From Candidatus Latescibacterota bacterium (lineage in GTDB: Bacteria > Latescibacterota > UBA2968 > GCA-2709665), in the NCBI GenBank assembly GCA_965237675.1, contig OZ250150.1:4736001-4800000 (forward strand): DNA of 64,000 nt, given 5' to 3'. How positions within the stretch are numbered: position 1 is the stretch's first letter; each line of letters opens with the position of its first letter. The position numbers and the translations under genes were made by a program. Below the pieces are notes generated by a model. The model was not told the DNA's origin, searched no databases, and worked only from the letters and a program-made list of their open reading frames with translations. This document shows, piece after piece, positions 1-10,575 of this stretch.

Positions 1-212
1 CACCGGCCTCGACCCGGGTCGTAGCGCCACAGGTCGTTCAATGAGCCCTGGACGGAAAGATCTCCAGGCCCTTTCGGCCGGCCGTACATCACTTTTATCC
101 CCCCGAACAGGTAGACGCATCCATTGTAGCTCAACATCCCTCCGAAGGCCGCCCGCTTACAGGGTACATCCTCGGCTTGCTCCTGGTCTGGATGCAGCAG
201 TTCCCACTTCAT
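1..212 (-). CDS. Kelch-repeat protein, 5' part (runs off the window)
   Basis: Not in the ORF track; manual translation gives MKWELLHPDQEQAEDVPCKRAAFGGMLSYNGCVYLFGG...LNDLWRYDP (YLFGG and NDLWRYD are Kelch hallmarks). GGAGG RBS upstream, preceded by a GTTAGGC cassette core at 235-229. Confidence 0.75.
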   Translation of the reverse strand, partial: MKWELLHPDQEQAEDVPCKRAAFGGMLSYNGCVYLFGGIKVMYGRPKGPGDLSVQGSLNDLWRYDPGRGR

Positions 213-327
213 AGTGGACCTCCGTACGGCCTAACTTGTGATTCTGGGTAGAAAGTTCGGCATATTCCATTCGTAGACGAAAAACTTGATGCAGTTTATT
301 CGCCGTGGATGATTGTTGAACCCCTAA

Positions 328-2015
328 CCCGATTAATTCATGAATCGTCAGATAGAGCATTTTAAGGAAGCAGAAAGAGCTTCCGAGTGAGACAAGAAAC
401 GAAAGCGCATGGGCTGTGACGGATTTGGCGTGTTCAAGCCGTTTGGGCGGCGCCTGCTTTGCCTCGTGACGTCAGGTTGACCTCGATGCCCGTGTCAAGC
501 GCACAGACTTCTCCATGACCTTTGGTGGTGGTCGATGCAAATGTGAAGGCGGGGTCAGCACGTCGATGGGTTATGGAACACCCGTTGCCAGATTATAGAG
601 GATCTTGCCATAAAGGTGTTTGAGTGGAAACGCCGTTGGCAGATGGAACTTGATCCTGGTTTTCAACTCACAAACGCGCCCGGCGACTTTCAAGAGACGA
701 TTTTGCAGGGTATTGAACTGTGCGTTGGTCCACTTCGTGCCGCGCAATCCGATTGCAGCCAGGCTGTGCATCAGGACATAGGCGGCGCTGTGGAGAAAGA
801 GACGGAAGTGATTGGCCTGGAAGGTGTGACAAGAGGTGCGATCGGAATGGAGAAAGGTCTTGTGATTCTTGATGAAGTTTTCCATCCTGCCGCGTGCGCA
901 ATAGGCGGTTTTGTAGATGAATGACGGTTGGGCGCGCTTTAGGTTGGTGACCACGAATCGGATATTGTCTCCTTGCGGCGTCACCTCCGCCTTGCAGATG
1001 ATGCGTTGTGGACACGCCCAGGTGCCGGCCTGATAGGCCCAACAGCGATAAAGGCGCACGGTTTCGCCGGAAGCAGCATACCGCGTTTTGGCCTGGTCTA
1101 TCAAGGACTGTGCCGAGCGCAGGAGTTTGGCGTTGCCGTTCTGTCCGAGGACAAAATACACATTCTGGTCCTCACACAACACGTGCACTTCCGGACACGA
1201 AAAATGCGCATCGCCACGTAACAGGATCTCCACGTCGGGCCAGGCTTTACGCAGGTAGGCGATCACCCGTTTGAGGATGGTGACGATCTCTTTACCCGCA
1301 GGCCGCCTGCCAGGACGCAAGACCGTCGTGATCAACTTGCCGGTTTGGCCTTCATAGATATGCAGGGGCTGGTAGCAATAGCCATTGAAATACGCATTGA
1401 ACAACGACAACTGTTGAGACCCATACACCTTGTCTTCCGTGTCATCGATATCCAACAGAATGGCTTCCGGCGGTTCCTCATACGAGGCGACAAACACATC
1501 CGCAAAGGCCTTGGCGATCCGATACAAATCGGTTCTGCTGATCCGGTTCTCGAACCGACTCATCGTGGGCTGACTGGCCAGATCCGCACCGGAAAGCGGC
1601 AACCGATCACAGGCCGCCTTGAAGCCGGGATCCTCGCGCAACGTCTTGCAATCGTTCGCATCCTCATAGCCACAGGCCATCTGAAAGACACGTTGTTTGA
1701 TCAGGTCCGTCATCGAATGATGTACGTAACTTTGATGTCGATGATCGGTGAGCGCCGCAACCATCCGATGCAAAATGCCGACATTGGCCTCGACCTCACG
1801 AAGCAGCATCACCCCGACGTCGGTCGTCAGCACGCCCCCGTCGAACGTGGCTTCTACCTGCCTACCAGAAAGACTTGCGAAAGACAACCTGTGATGTTTA
1901 TCTTGAACTCCCACGGTAGTTTCCTCCTGTTTCATTGTTATTAGGTTATTTGCGTAACCATAATATAATACAATGACTTGGGTATGGAAACTACCTTTTT
2001 TGTGAATTATTCAGG
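328..2015 (-). mobile_element. IS1380-family insertion sequence, copy 1 (1688 bp)
   Basis: Terminal IRs CCTGAATAATTCAC / CCCGATTAATTCAT; CTAA target duplication at 324-327 and 2016-2019; near-identical inverted copy at 17156-18843. Confidence 0.93.
571..1935 (-). CDS. IS1380-family DDE transposase
   Basis: 454 aa; motifs FDGGVLTTDVG, LDIDDT, FNAYFNGYCYQPL, LRGDAHF, YCARGRMENFIK. Confidence 0.95.
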   Translation of the reverse strand: MKQEETTVGVQDKHHRLSFASLSGRQVEATFDGGVLTTDVGVMLLREVEANVGILHRMVAALTDHRHQSYVHHSMTDLIKQRVFQMACGYEDANDCKTLREDPGFKAACDRLPLSGADLASQPTMSRFENRISRTDLYRIAKAFADVFVASYEEPPEAILLDIDDTEDKVYGSQQLSLFNAYFNGYCYQPLHIYEGQTGKLITTVLRPGRRPAGKEIVTILKRVIAYLRKAWPDVEILLRGDAHFSCPEVHVLCEDQNVYFVLGQNGNAKLLRSAQSLIDQAKTRYAASGETVRLYRCWAYQAGTWACPQRIICKAEVTPQGDNIRFVVTNLKRAQPSFIYKTAYCARGRMENFIKNHKTFLHSDRTSCHTFQANHFRLFLHSAAYVLMHSLAAIGLRGTKWTNAQFNTLQNRLLKVAGRVCELKTRIKFHLPTAFPLKHLYGKILYNLATGVP

Positions 2016-2025
2016 CTAAATGGCT

Positions 2026-3483
2026 TTAGGACGCATAAAGAGCAAATAGCTTGGCGCGGTCAAGGTACACTTTGACCTTGACCCCCCCGCGTGCCTGTGA
2101 GACCATCTTCTCTTCGAGCCCACCCTCTTTATCCCCGACTGCGCCTTGCGGATCGCTTTTCCATTGTACCCGGTATTCTGTTTCATTCGCTGAGAAGAGT
2201 CTGCAGTCTTCTTTGCCAAAACCCGGCACGACCCGGTCAAACGGATCGACTATCTCCACTCGCAGTGACCCGCCGGTCGCATCGGCGTTGATCCACAATG
2301 CATTGGGCTCGATACTCAGCGGGACCGTGGTCACGACCCCCTGCGCCTCCGTCTTCAGACAGACCAGCCGGTCCTTTTCGATCTTTGCCAGATTGATTCC
2401 CCGCCGGGATTCTTCGCCGTAGCGCGTCCCCTCGCCGTGCAATTCGTTTGAGCAGCTGTGATAGACCCAGATCTCGTCGCCACGGACAAAGGGGGCATGA
2501 GACGGATAGACATTTCCACTGTCGTGGCTACCGCGGGGGCCACATTCCAGAATGGGTTCACGGTTGCCCGCCCGATGCCAGGTCCGGCCGTTCTTCGAGT
2601 AGGTCAACTGAATGTCCATCCGGTTCATCCATTCGGGCATCCAATCTTCGATCTGGTTCTGGGCGATCCACCCCTCGTGGAGCGTGTGAAACACGGACAG
2701 GAAGCCGATACGAAAGTCGCGATACGCCAGCGAACTCATGCCGTAAAACTCCTGGTCCTGCGGGGGATCGTGCTCATCGGGTGCGACGATGATCTTGCGC
2801 GGGGTCCAGTTTTCGAAATCATCGCTCTCGGCCATGCAAATGATGCGCACGTTAGGCCGGCCCCGCAGATAAACGACGTAGCGGTGAATTTTTGCATCCC
2901 AATATGCGACCAGGTGGGTATCCGAGCCCTGTGGAATGACCGGGTTGAGCCAGCGTTGGGGCACGTTCCAATGAATTCCGTCGGCAGAATACGCCACACA
3001 GACCGGCTGGACAATGCCGGCGAATATCATGTCTCCGCTCTGGAACATAAAGAGCATCTTGTAGCGCTTGGCTGGGTCTGTTTCGATGGGGTCTTTCATG
3101 ACTCCTGTCCCGGCCCCCCACCTCAAAAAGGGAAAGACCAGGTTATTCTCTTTGCTGCCGCTGTCCTCGACGAGGTTGAGGACGGGTTTTTCCCAGTGGA
3201 TCCCGTCTTGGGATACGGCGTAGGCCAGTCCGTCCGCCACGTCGCCACGCGCTTCGCTCAATCTTCGGCCCACGCCGTACCACATCTTGAAGATATCTTC
3301 GTCGTCGTCGTACAGGACGTTGACGTAGCCGCCGATCAGCCACTCCTCTTCCCAGGCCCGATCCTTCTCAATCAGCGGCTGTTGCGAAGCCTTCTTTGCG
3401 GGTACGACCCCTTGCACGACGCCGTCGAGATTCTCGATTAACGTATTGTCGATGAATAGGAAGGCCGCTTTCTCGTCCGTCAT
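2026..3483 (-). CDS. GH32/GH43-like five-bladed beta-propeller glycoside hydrolase-like protein
   Basis: 485 aa; repeated Asp-box-like motifs (YAVSQDGIHW, YSADGIHW, SDDFENW, YSKNGRTW); same family as 14087-15646. Confidence 0.75.
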   Translation of the reverse strand: MTDEKAAFLFIDNTLIENLDGVVQGVVPAKKASQQPLIEKDRAWEEEWLIGGYVNVLYDDDEDIFKMWYGVGRRLSEARGDVADGLAYAVSQDGIHWEKPVLNLVEDSGSKENNLVFPFLRWGAGTGVMKDPIETDPAKRYKMLFMFQSGDMIFAGIVQPVCVAYSADGIHWNVPQRWLNPVIPQGSDTHLVAYWDAKIHRYVVYLRGRPNVRIICMAESDDFENWTPRKIIVAPDEHDPPQDQEFYGMSSLAYRDFRIGFLSVFHTLHEGWIAQNQIEDWMPEWMNRMDIQLTYSKNGRTWHRAGNREPILECGPRGSHDSGNVYPSHAPFVRGDEIWVYHSCSNELHGEGTRYGEESRRGINLAKIEKDRLVCLKTEAQGVVTTVPLSIEPNALWINADATGGSLRVEIVDPFDRVVPGFGKEDCRLFSANETEYRVQWKSDPQGAVGDKEGGLEEKMVSQARGGVKVKVYLDRAKLFALYAS

Positions 3484-3664
3484 TGGTTTCTCCTGGTATT
3501 GAATTACTCCCTAATCTTCGCGTGAACTCGCAGAGCTTACAATGAGGTCTTCTCTTATTGCGCCAGGCACCACAGCTGCTACATAGAAATCCCCAACATA
3601 CGGTAGAATGTCGAAGATCAATTATCCGTGCTGGGTTGAGGCCGATTCCTCGCTCTTACACAAC

Positions 3665-4540
3665 CTAAATCTCAACAGTCGTAAGCTCGTCAGGACGCAC
3701 GATACAACCGCTATATCCATTCCCATGGTAGCCTCGGCGGAGCCTGCCGACGATGTCCTCACTGCGCGGCGAACCGCAGTGGATGACCACGACCCTCGAG
3801 ATTCCAGCTTCATTAGCGATGTCAACGACCTCTGATATGTCCGCGCTGACGCCCCGGATCGGATGCGAAGCATCTTCGTCATTCTCCTTGAAATTGCGCA
3901 TAGAGAGCCCCGTAACGAATGTATCAACCCCCCTGGCCAATGGCCTCAGTTCGGGACAGTCCGCTGCATCGCACAGGAAGAGCACGCTGCCGCTATCCGT
4001 ATCGATCCGGTACGCTAGCTCGGTTAGGTAAGGCTCGACATGAGGAACCTGTACAGCCGTCGCCTTCCAACCTTTCCCCTCGACAACCGCTCCTGAACTG
4101 ATGTCGGATACATCGACCTTCATGCCCGGACGGGGAAGCGTTCCGCCTCTCCCCACGTGCCCGTGGTGGCTGATGTGGTGTTCTCGACGCGCAACGATGT
4201 CGGAAAGGAAGGCGCCGTCCTTGCCAAAAAGGCGATCGACGAATTCGACAGTCGGAGGCGGACCAAAGATTCTGAGGGGAGGAAGATCGCCGGGGTCTAG
4301 ATCGAACCGTAGCAAGGCAAAACACGGGAAATCAACGATATGATCCGAATGATGGTGAGTTAGGAAAACCGAATTCACCTGTGTAGGACTCATTCCCATG
4401 CGTGCCATCTTGTAGGTGGTGCCGGGGCCGCAATCAACCATGATACGATCGTCACCGATCTCGAGAATGCAGGAACACCCGAAGCGTTCACCCATACGGC
4501 TGGGACGCGGACCACCGTTACCGAGAATGTGTAGCTTCAT
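3665..4540 (-). CDS. Metallo-beta-lactamase-fold hydrolase (RNase Z/AtsA-like)
   Basis: LGNGGP, VDCGPG and THHHSDH motifs. Confidence 0.85.
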   Translation of the reverse strand: MKLHILGNGGPRPSRMGERFGCSCILEIGDDRIMVDCGPGTTYKMARMGMSPTQVNSVFLTHHHSDHIVDFPCFALLRFDLDPGDLPPLRIFGPPPTVEFVDRLFGKDGAFLSDIVARREHHISHHGHVGRGGTLPRPGMKVDVSDISSGAVVEGKGWKATAVQVPHVEPYLTELAYRIDTDSGSVLFLCDAADCPELRPLARGVDTFVTGLSMRNFKENDEDASHPIRGVSADISEVVDIANEAGISRVVVIHCGSPRSEDIVGRLRRGYHGNGYSGCIVRPDELTTVEI

Positions 4541-4745
4541 TTGACCGTCACCGGGTAGCCTTTCACTTATTGTGCACTCATATTGGTCTTCTCGCCGCCA
4601 ACTCTTGCTTATACAGAAAAATCTGGTCGAAAAAACTCCGTATAGCTCATTCGCTGTCGAACAAATCCATCAAGCAAGAGAAGTGGTTCAAAGATTTTCC
4701 TGGCGGCCGGGACGGCCGCCTGTTTTGACTTTGGCGCGTGCTTTC

Positions 4746-4842
4746 TGTTAACGTTATGCCGGTTTGCGAGGGCCGAGCTGACGAGGCGTTGCCGATGGCC
4801 AAGGCGGCGACCGCAGCAGCAGCGCAAACTGTGCTGTTATCT
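4746..4842 (-). repeat. attC-like cassette recombination site
   Basis: + strand TGTTAAC...GTTATCT ends with inner IR GTTTGCG/CGCAAAC. Confidence 0.75.
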
Positions 4843-4894
4843 GACGTGCGATACCCAAATTGTATCGCCCGCAACGTAACGCGGTTCGACACGT

Positions 4895-5295
4895 CTACCT
4901 GGCGACCACCCAATAGGTGTTGGTTTCCTTCGCCGATCCGACGTATGGCTCACAATCTTGGCTTCCGAAGAACTGCCAACGATCGAATCCTCCCAGACGC
5001 AACAGCAATTGGAACTCTTCCGGGTAGATCCATCGTGCACGCATCGGCACTTTTGCTGTCTCACAGTCATGCCTAAAGGTCCAGGTGTAGCTTTCCGTTT
5101 GTGACGAATGGTCGCAGATCTTCGAGTAGCTTACCTCGATCTCTTTCTCGGTCTCGGGATTGATAAACTCGCCAAATCTCTCTTCAGCAGGTGGGGATTC
5201 TTGATGGAGGAGCAAATCGTCTACGTAGGACGGAACGTAGAAATTCAATGGCAAACGTCCCTCGGGAACGAGACAGTCGTAGACACTCTGAAGGG
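4895..5295 (-). pseudogene. 5'-truncated class I SAM methyltransferase (C-terminal half)
   Basis: LQSVYDCLVPEGRLPLNFY...RARWIYPEEFQLLLRLGGF resembles methyltransferase C-termini; no N-terminal SAM-binding motif; upstream DNA is unrelated and AT-richer. Confidence 0.6.
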
Positions 5296-5457
5296 GTCTT
5301 TCGTTTTATGTCCTTTCTTGAGGAAATCCAGTGCATGTCCAAAAGACATGGATATTATTGTCTTTGCTTTTGCCCCCTTTGATTTTCAAATCCTACCCCT
5401 CAAGCTTTTCGTCCGTAACGGGTGGAATTGAACGCAAGAAACTTAATTGAAACAGTA

Positions 5458-6108
5458 CTAAGTTTGCATAAGTTCATGGATCAGCGGTGCGACCTGACGG
5501 ATATCGGTCAGTTGCCGCAGGGCACCGGTGAAGTCCAGGCCGCGCGTCAGGCCCTGCGGTATGACGATGCAGCGCAGCCCGGCCGCCAGTGCGGCGCGCA
5601 GCCCCCGGTCCGAGTCTTCGATTACGACGCATTCGGCGGCGCTAAGGCCGTTTTGCCGCATGGCCGTGAGGTAGGGCTCGGGGTCGGGCTTGGAATGCCG
5701 GTAGTCTTCGCGCACGAGCGTGAAATCGATGCAGTCCAGCAGGCCGGTGGCGGCGTGGATGATCTCAAAGTGCTCCCGCCGCGAACTGGTGACGATGCCC
5801 ATGCGCACCGTGCCGTGGAGTTGGCGCAGCACCTGGCGGGCGCCGTCGATGACGGGTACACCGGCGCGCAAGAGTTCGGTGTAGCGGGCGTTGCGCCAGA
5901 TGCGGGCGGGCTCCAGCGCCTGTTCGTCTATGCGGTGTTCGGCGGCGATCCTGGTAAGGCCTTCGCTGGCCTTGAGGAAGAGCTCAATGAAACGGGCTTC
6001 GCTCAGGCGGACGCCGAGGCGTTCCAGGGTTTCGCGGCAGGCCTGGAAGTACAGGCCTTCGGTGTCGACCAGGACGCCGTCGTTGTCCCAAAGAATGGCT
6101 TTCAGCAT
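5458..6108 (-). CDS. HAD-superfamily phosphatase (beta-PGM/CbbY-like)
   Basis: WDNDGVLVDT motif I, VTSS motif II, KPDPEPY, IEDSDRG. Confidence 0.9.
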   Translation of the reverse strand: MLKAILWDNDGVLVDTEGLYFQACRETLERLGVRLSEARFIELFLKASEGLTRIAAEHRIDEQALEPARIWRNARYTELLRAGVPVIDGARQVLRQLHGTVRMGIVTSSRREHFEIIHAATGLLDCIDFTLVREDYRHSKPDPEPYLTAMRQNGLSAAECVVIEDSDRGLRAALAAGLRCIVIPQGLTRGLDFTGALRQLTDIRQVAPLIHELMQT

Positions 6109-6223
6109 GGCGCTTTATTTCCTTTTCGCCGCTTCGCATAACGGCCTGTTAACCGCTGGCAGCCCCATCACGGCGAAGCCTATCACGGGCAGAGATAAAG
6201 CGCGCACCATCAGGCTTCTGATT

Positions 6224-6979
6224 CTACATGACCGGCCTGAATCTGGCTTGAAGGATCCTTTTGGCTGACAACTCACCAAAAGGCGCACCACAACACCTGA
6301 CATCCTCCACAACCTTGTGGTAATCGTAACTTAATCTGTGGTTTTCCACAAGCCATTCCTGCCCATCCCACCACACTCTGGCATATCCAACTTGATGATC
6401 CCCATCAAACGGAAACCCAACTGAATCAATGATGCTATATCGCTGACCGCACGGAACGCCATAGGACGCGTAGTGAAGGTGTCCTGCCACAATCAGATTG
6501 GCCTTCGCATCCCCCAGCAATGTCCTGGCTTCCTCTTCTGGAGTAACCGTCCGAAGACTGAACGGAACAGGTTGAAGAACCAATACACCGGTCACATCAG
6601 TAGGCGTTGCGTGCACAATGAGAAGATCATCCTCCGGAGACTGCCCTCCTGGTGGCGTTATCCTGTACTCAAAGGGCAGACCCTTCAGATAGCTCACGCC
6701 ATCTGTTCCCAGCTTCTCTCTCACCCAGTCCAGTCTTTCCTCGGAATACTGTTCATCAAAGACCAACAGGTCTGTGTTCCCGTAAATCGTGGGAGCGCCC
6801 AGATTTCGTATTGCGTCAAGACTCTCGACCGGGCGGGGTCCGCTCAGCACCAGGTCGCCAGCGACCACCAGACGATCATAGGGTTGGCTTTGCAGATCCT
6901 CAAGAACAGCGTTGAGTGCAGCGACGTTGCCGTGAATATCTGCAATTACCGCAACTGAATATGACAGGGAATCATTCAT
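6224..6979 (-). CDS. Metallophosphoesterase (YfcE-like)
   Basis: DIHGN, GDLV, GNTD and GHLH motifs. Confidence 0.9.
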   Translation of the reverse strand: MNDSLSYSVAVIADIHGNVAALNAVLEDLQSQPYDRLVVAGDLVLSGPRPVESLDAIRNLGAPTIYGNTDLLVFDEQYSEERLDWVREKLGTDGVSYLKGLPFEYRITPPGGQSPEDDLLIVHATPTDVTGVLVLQPVPFSLRTVTPEEEARTLLGDAKANLIVAGHLHYASYGVPCGQRYSIIDSVGFPFDGDHQVGYARVWWDGQEWLVENHRLSYDYHKVVEDVRCCGAPFGELSAKRILQARFRPVM

Positions 6980-7093
6980 TTCACATCTCCAAAATTTCGA
7001 GATGGCGGGGAGTGGTTCTTGCGCGCTTTCAGTTTTTGCCGCTTATCGTTCGCGCCCGCGGGAAACCCTCCCGCAACGAGTCAAAGATCTTGC

Positions 7094-8407
7094 TCATATT
7101 CGGCCCCCTTCGGGTACCTCGCGCCCGCCGTCCCAGACGCCTGGCTTGTCGGTCCCCGTCGGCCAGTACCCGTCGGCGTCTTCATCCCATTGGTTTCCGC
7201 ACAGCGACGAGATGATGGTCCATTCCGCCGCCCCGAAATCCGGCTCGGGATGGTATAGGAAGCGCTTCAACCCCGCCTCCTGCGAAGCAGTCAGGATGCC
7301 GTAGAGATCGCGCGCCTGCATCGGGTCGCCGCCGTGAGGGCGGCGACCCGTGGACACCCAGGCTATCACCTTGTCGGGATCACCTATGGCCGCCAGGGCC
7401 CGCCGAGTCTCGTTGTAGACCACCTTGGAGAAGAATTCGTCGGGGAAACCCATCTCCATGTCCATAAGCGAGTTGACGCCAGGCAGCTCGATGCCCAACA
7501 GCGCCTTCACTACGGCGAAACACTCCGCCTCGCTCAGGGACGGATTCCACTTTCGCAATCGTCTTACCCAGCGGGATATGGTTCCGTACATGCCGTCCAT
7601 GCCGCGGTGCCAAAAATAGTGTTTCGGAAAGATATAGTCGAAATACTCCGCCATCTGACAGTAATTCTGTCCGGTGAGCGATGACCACGACACGGCCCGC
7701 GGGATACCGCCCAGCTCCACCTTGCGATCGACGGCGTCGACCTGTTGCCGCATGTACTGCCAGTCGAAGCGAGAGAGCTCCTGCCGCTTGCGCAGCCAGT
7801 AGAGCACGTCCTCGTTGACGTCGAACAGGAGCATTGCCCCCAGCATCCCCCCGTCGGCGTGGTACCGCACCATTTCCGGTGTCAGATTGTGCAAACGCTC
7901 CCGAAAGTGGGTGATGCCGCGTTGTATTCGATCCATCTCGGCGCCGACCTGGGCGAAGCGGCCCTCCTCACCCGGACGTATCTCCAGGAGCTCGCCCCCA
8001 TGGTGGAAGGCCAGCTCGTAGTGGTTTTCGCCCGGACCGTCGACAATGACGCCGTGCACCTGTGGAAAGGCGTTCATTTGGTCCTGCACGTGGGAGGTCG
8101 GGCCGCCTCCGGCGAATATCAGGAGTTGCCAGCCCCGCTCCGCGGCGTTGTCCAGCATTGCGTGCAGCTTCTTCTCTTTTGAGAGGTCGCGCGGACGCTG
8201 CTCCGGGACTTCCGCCCCCAGGGCCTCGTACACCTTCGGGTCGGGAGCCCACGCCGGAATGGTGGTGCCATCCTCCTGGAGGAATGCCATGCGGCCGACG
8301 GCCAGACCGCGCACGCCGCCATCCTCCCAGGCGTCGAACCGCTCCTCGAACCCGTCGAGCCAGTGTTCGAACGGGCTGTCACTGCAGGTGAATACCCAGA
8401 GTTTCAT
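7094..8407 (-). CDS. Hypothetical protein
   Basis: 437 aa ORF with AAGGAGG RBS, starting about 35 bp after the core of the attC-like site at 8441-8544. Confidence 0.75.
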   Translation of the reverse strand: MKLWVFTCSDSPFEHWLDGFEERFDAWEDGGVRGLAVGRMAFLQEDGTTIPAWAPDPKVYEALGAEVPEQRPRDLSKEKKLHAMLDNAAERGWQLLIFAGGGPTSHVQDQMNAFPQVHGVIVDGPGENHYELAFHHGGELLEIRPGEEGRFAQVGAEMDRIQRGITHFRERLHNLTPEMVRYHADGGMLGAMLLFDVNEDVLYWLRKRQELSRFDWQYMRQQVDAVDRKVELGGIPRAVSWSSLTGQNYCQMAEYFDYIFPKHYFWHRGMDGMYGTISRWVRRLRKWNPSLSEAECFAVVKALLGIELPGVNSLMDMEMGFPDEFFSKVVYNETRRALAAIGDPDKVIAWVSTGRRPHGGDPMQARDLYGILTASQEAGLKRFLYHPEPDFGAAEWTIISSLCGNQWDEDADGYWPTGTDKPGVWDGGREVPEGGRI

Positions 8408-8440
8408 TTTTCCCTCCTTTGGGGTAGTAGGGGCGATTTC

Positions 8441-8544
8441 CGTTAACGGCCTCGCGATATCCGACGTTGCCGGAGCGTAGCGGAGGTAATGTGCCCGGAG
8501 GGCCGAATGACCGAAGGGAGTGTAGCGGGCATCGCGTGTTAAGC
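8441..8544 (-). repeat. attC-like cassette recombination site
   Basis: CGTTAAC...GTTAAGC ends; inner IR CGCGAT/ATCGCG; internal hairpins. Confidence 0.8.
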
Positions 8545-8760
8545 GTCCGTGTTGTTTTTTGTCATCAGGAATGGAATAAAGGAGCGGACATCACTTTCTC
8601 TGTTTTTCCGGCTTTTCTGCTTTTCAACAAGAAGATTACTGTTGTACCGATTCCTCGCCAGATAGCAACTGACGGAGGTCTATGTTGATATATTCGATAT
8701 GCAGTCGAAACCAACGGATCGACACTGAATCTGAATTGTACCTTCCAACAGAATCTCCCT

Positions 8761-8895
8761 GTTCTCGGCACCCGCAAACCTGCCGAGCCATCGCGAATGC
8801 AGTCAACGGATCCCCATAGTTGCAGACCAGCTACGCGGGCGGCAGGTTTCAGCGCAGGCGCGAACACGCCGACGCCACGGGTGCTCGTGTTAGCT
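8761..8895 (-). repeat. attC-like site that has lost its R' (GTT) box
   Basis: GCACCCG/CGGGTGC and AAACCTGCCG/CGGCAGGTTT stems; GTTAGCT at 8889-8895; resembles the 12537-12679 site but TAAC is absent at 8757-8760. Confidence 0.65.
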
Positions 8896-9084
8896 GCTGT
8901 TTGCGACTTGGAGGGCACCCCGCAAAAGGTCCGATGTCAGAAAAGGGTGAGTGGTGTTATATTCTTCCTGAAAAAGATAGGTGGAAATCCGCCCTTCTCC
9001 AAATTTTCTGTCACCTTTCCGAACCTGAATGACACTTTGTATCGAAGGACTTCGAGCGAATTCTTCTTGGTGAAGGAACATTGC

Positions 9085-9623
9085 ATGCAGTCAAGTTTTG
9101 ACCTTTTCAGAGCTGCCTCCGAAGGTGACCCGACGAAGCGGCATGCCGCGTTTGAGTGTCTGGTACGTCAGTTTCAAGACCTGGCATACGGATGCGCGTA
9201 CGGGATTTGGGTAATTTTCATCTCGCTCAGGACGCTTCACAGGATGCGTTCCTTACCGCGTACACCGAGCTCGGAAAACTGGAAGCTCCCGAGGCGTTTC
9301 CCGGATGGTTTAAACGAACTGTGATACGGAAGGCACTCCGCCTTAGCCAGACTCGCCGTTTCGTGTTCGAGCCGATTGAGGTAGCATTGAGCGTTTCCAC
9401 AGACGGTCCGGACCAGATGGAACAGATAGAGACTCAGGAAACGCAGTCGTTGGTTCACGCGGCTATCGAGGCTCTCCCTGAGCACGAGCGGAGTGTCACG
9501 GTACTGTTCTAATTGACTGAATACTCTCAAAAGAAGATCGCCGAATTCTTGGACCTGTCGCTGCCAACGGTGAAGTAACGGCTACAGAGGTCCCGGAAGC
9601 GGCTTGAGGAAAGGATAATAAGG
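9085..9623 (+). pseudogene. ECF (sigma-24-like) sigma factor domain, frameshifted with premature stops; originally fused to the ankyrin ORF
   Basis: AFECLVRQFQDLAY / AQDASQDAFLTAY (region 2) and LPEHERSV...YSQKKIAEFL (region 4); frameshift near 9205; TAA at 9510-9512 and near 9576; frame continues into 9624. Confidence 0.8.
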
Positions 9624-10550
9624 ATGGTGGATGATACGCTTGAGGGCCATCGGCCTTCCAGAGACGATAGATTCGCCAACGAGGTGGTGGAGATAATTCG
9701 GGCGACAGAAGCGGGCGATCTTTCCAAACTCGCAGCTCTCCTGGCCCGCAACCCAGGTCTAGTCGATTCTAATGCACCTCTGTCAGACTCGTATCCCGTA
9801 CAGGCAAGGGGCTGGAAACCTTTGCATATAGCAGCTTGGCACGGTCATACAAAGGCCGTTGAGTTTCTCCTTGAACAAGGAGCGAAAATTGACGCTCCGT
9901 GCGGATCGAACCGGACACCGCTCCATTACGCAATCGAAGCGGGAAGTCAGGAAACCCGGCAACTACTGTTAGATAAGGGGGCAGATGTCGACATTACGAT
10001 TGCGTCCATACTAGGTATGACGGACCGAGTGAAGGACTTGCTTGCAAAAGATCCCAAACTGGCGAATGACAGTTCCAAGGGGCATACTCCGTTGGAGTGG
10101 GCTGCTTGGGGCGGGAGAGTTGATGTAGCCCGGATTCTGTTGGAACACGGAGCCAAGATTCGAGGAGAGGCCATATTCATCCCAGCGGCCAACGGAAGTG
10201 TGACGTTCCTCCGCTTTCTATTGGATCATGGCGCAGACCCCAATGCCCGATCCGGAGGTCGAAATGACGCTCCTCAGTTTGACCATACCGTGCTCCACGC
10301 GGCTGTCAGGATGCCATTCACCAGCGACAACACAGGAGTGATAGAGCTACTGATAGAGCGCGGTGCGGACGTGAATGCGTTGGACGAAGCGGGTAGGACG
10401 CCTTTGGATCGCGCGCTCGAGAAGGGGGCCGATGGGCCGTATACCGCAAATCCCCATGAAACATCGAATGAGCAGAAGGAATACGACAAGATCATCGCTC
10501 TGTTTGGTAAACACGGAGGGAAGACAAGCGAAGAGCCTCTATCGGCTTAG
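9624..10550 (+). CDS. Ankyrin-repeat protein (C-terminal part of sigma-ankyrin fusion)
   Basis: GWKPLHIAAWHGH, RTPLHYA, GHTPLEWAA, HTVLHAA and GRTPLDRA repeats. Confidence 0.85.
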   Translation: MVDDTLEGHRPSRDDRFANEVVEIIRATEAGDLSKLAALLARNPGLVDSNAPLSDSYPVQARGWKPLHIAAWHGHTKAVEFLLEQGAKIDAPCGSNRTPLHYAIEAGSQETRQLLLDKGADVDITIASILGMTDRVKDLLAKDPKLANDSSKGHTPLEWAAWGGRVDVARILLEHGAKIRGEAIFIPAANGSVTFLRFLLDHGADPNARSGGRNDAPQFDHTVLHAAVRMPFTSDNTGVIELLIERGADVNALDEAGRTPLDRALEKGADGPYTANPHETSNEQKEYDKIIALFGKHGGKTSEEPLSA

Positions 10551-10575
10551 TCAGAAGAGAATGCAATCGAAAACT

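Noticed and set aside
8801-8807. AGTCAAC as the R' box of the 8889 site
   Set aside because: It lies inside the hairpin loop; the paired arm starts near 8761.
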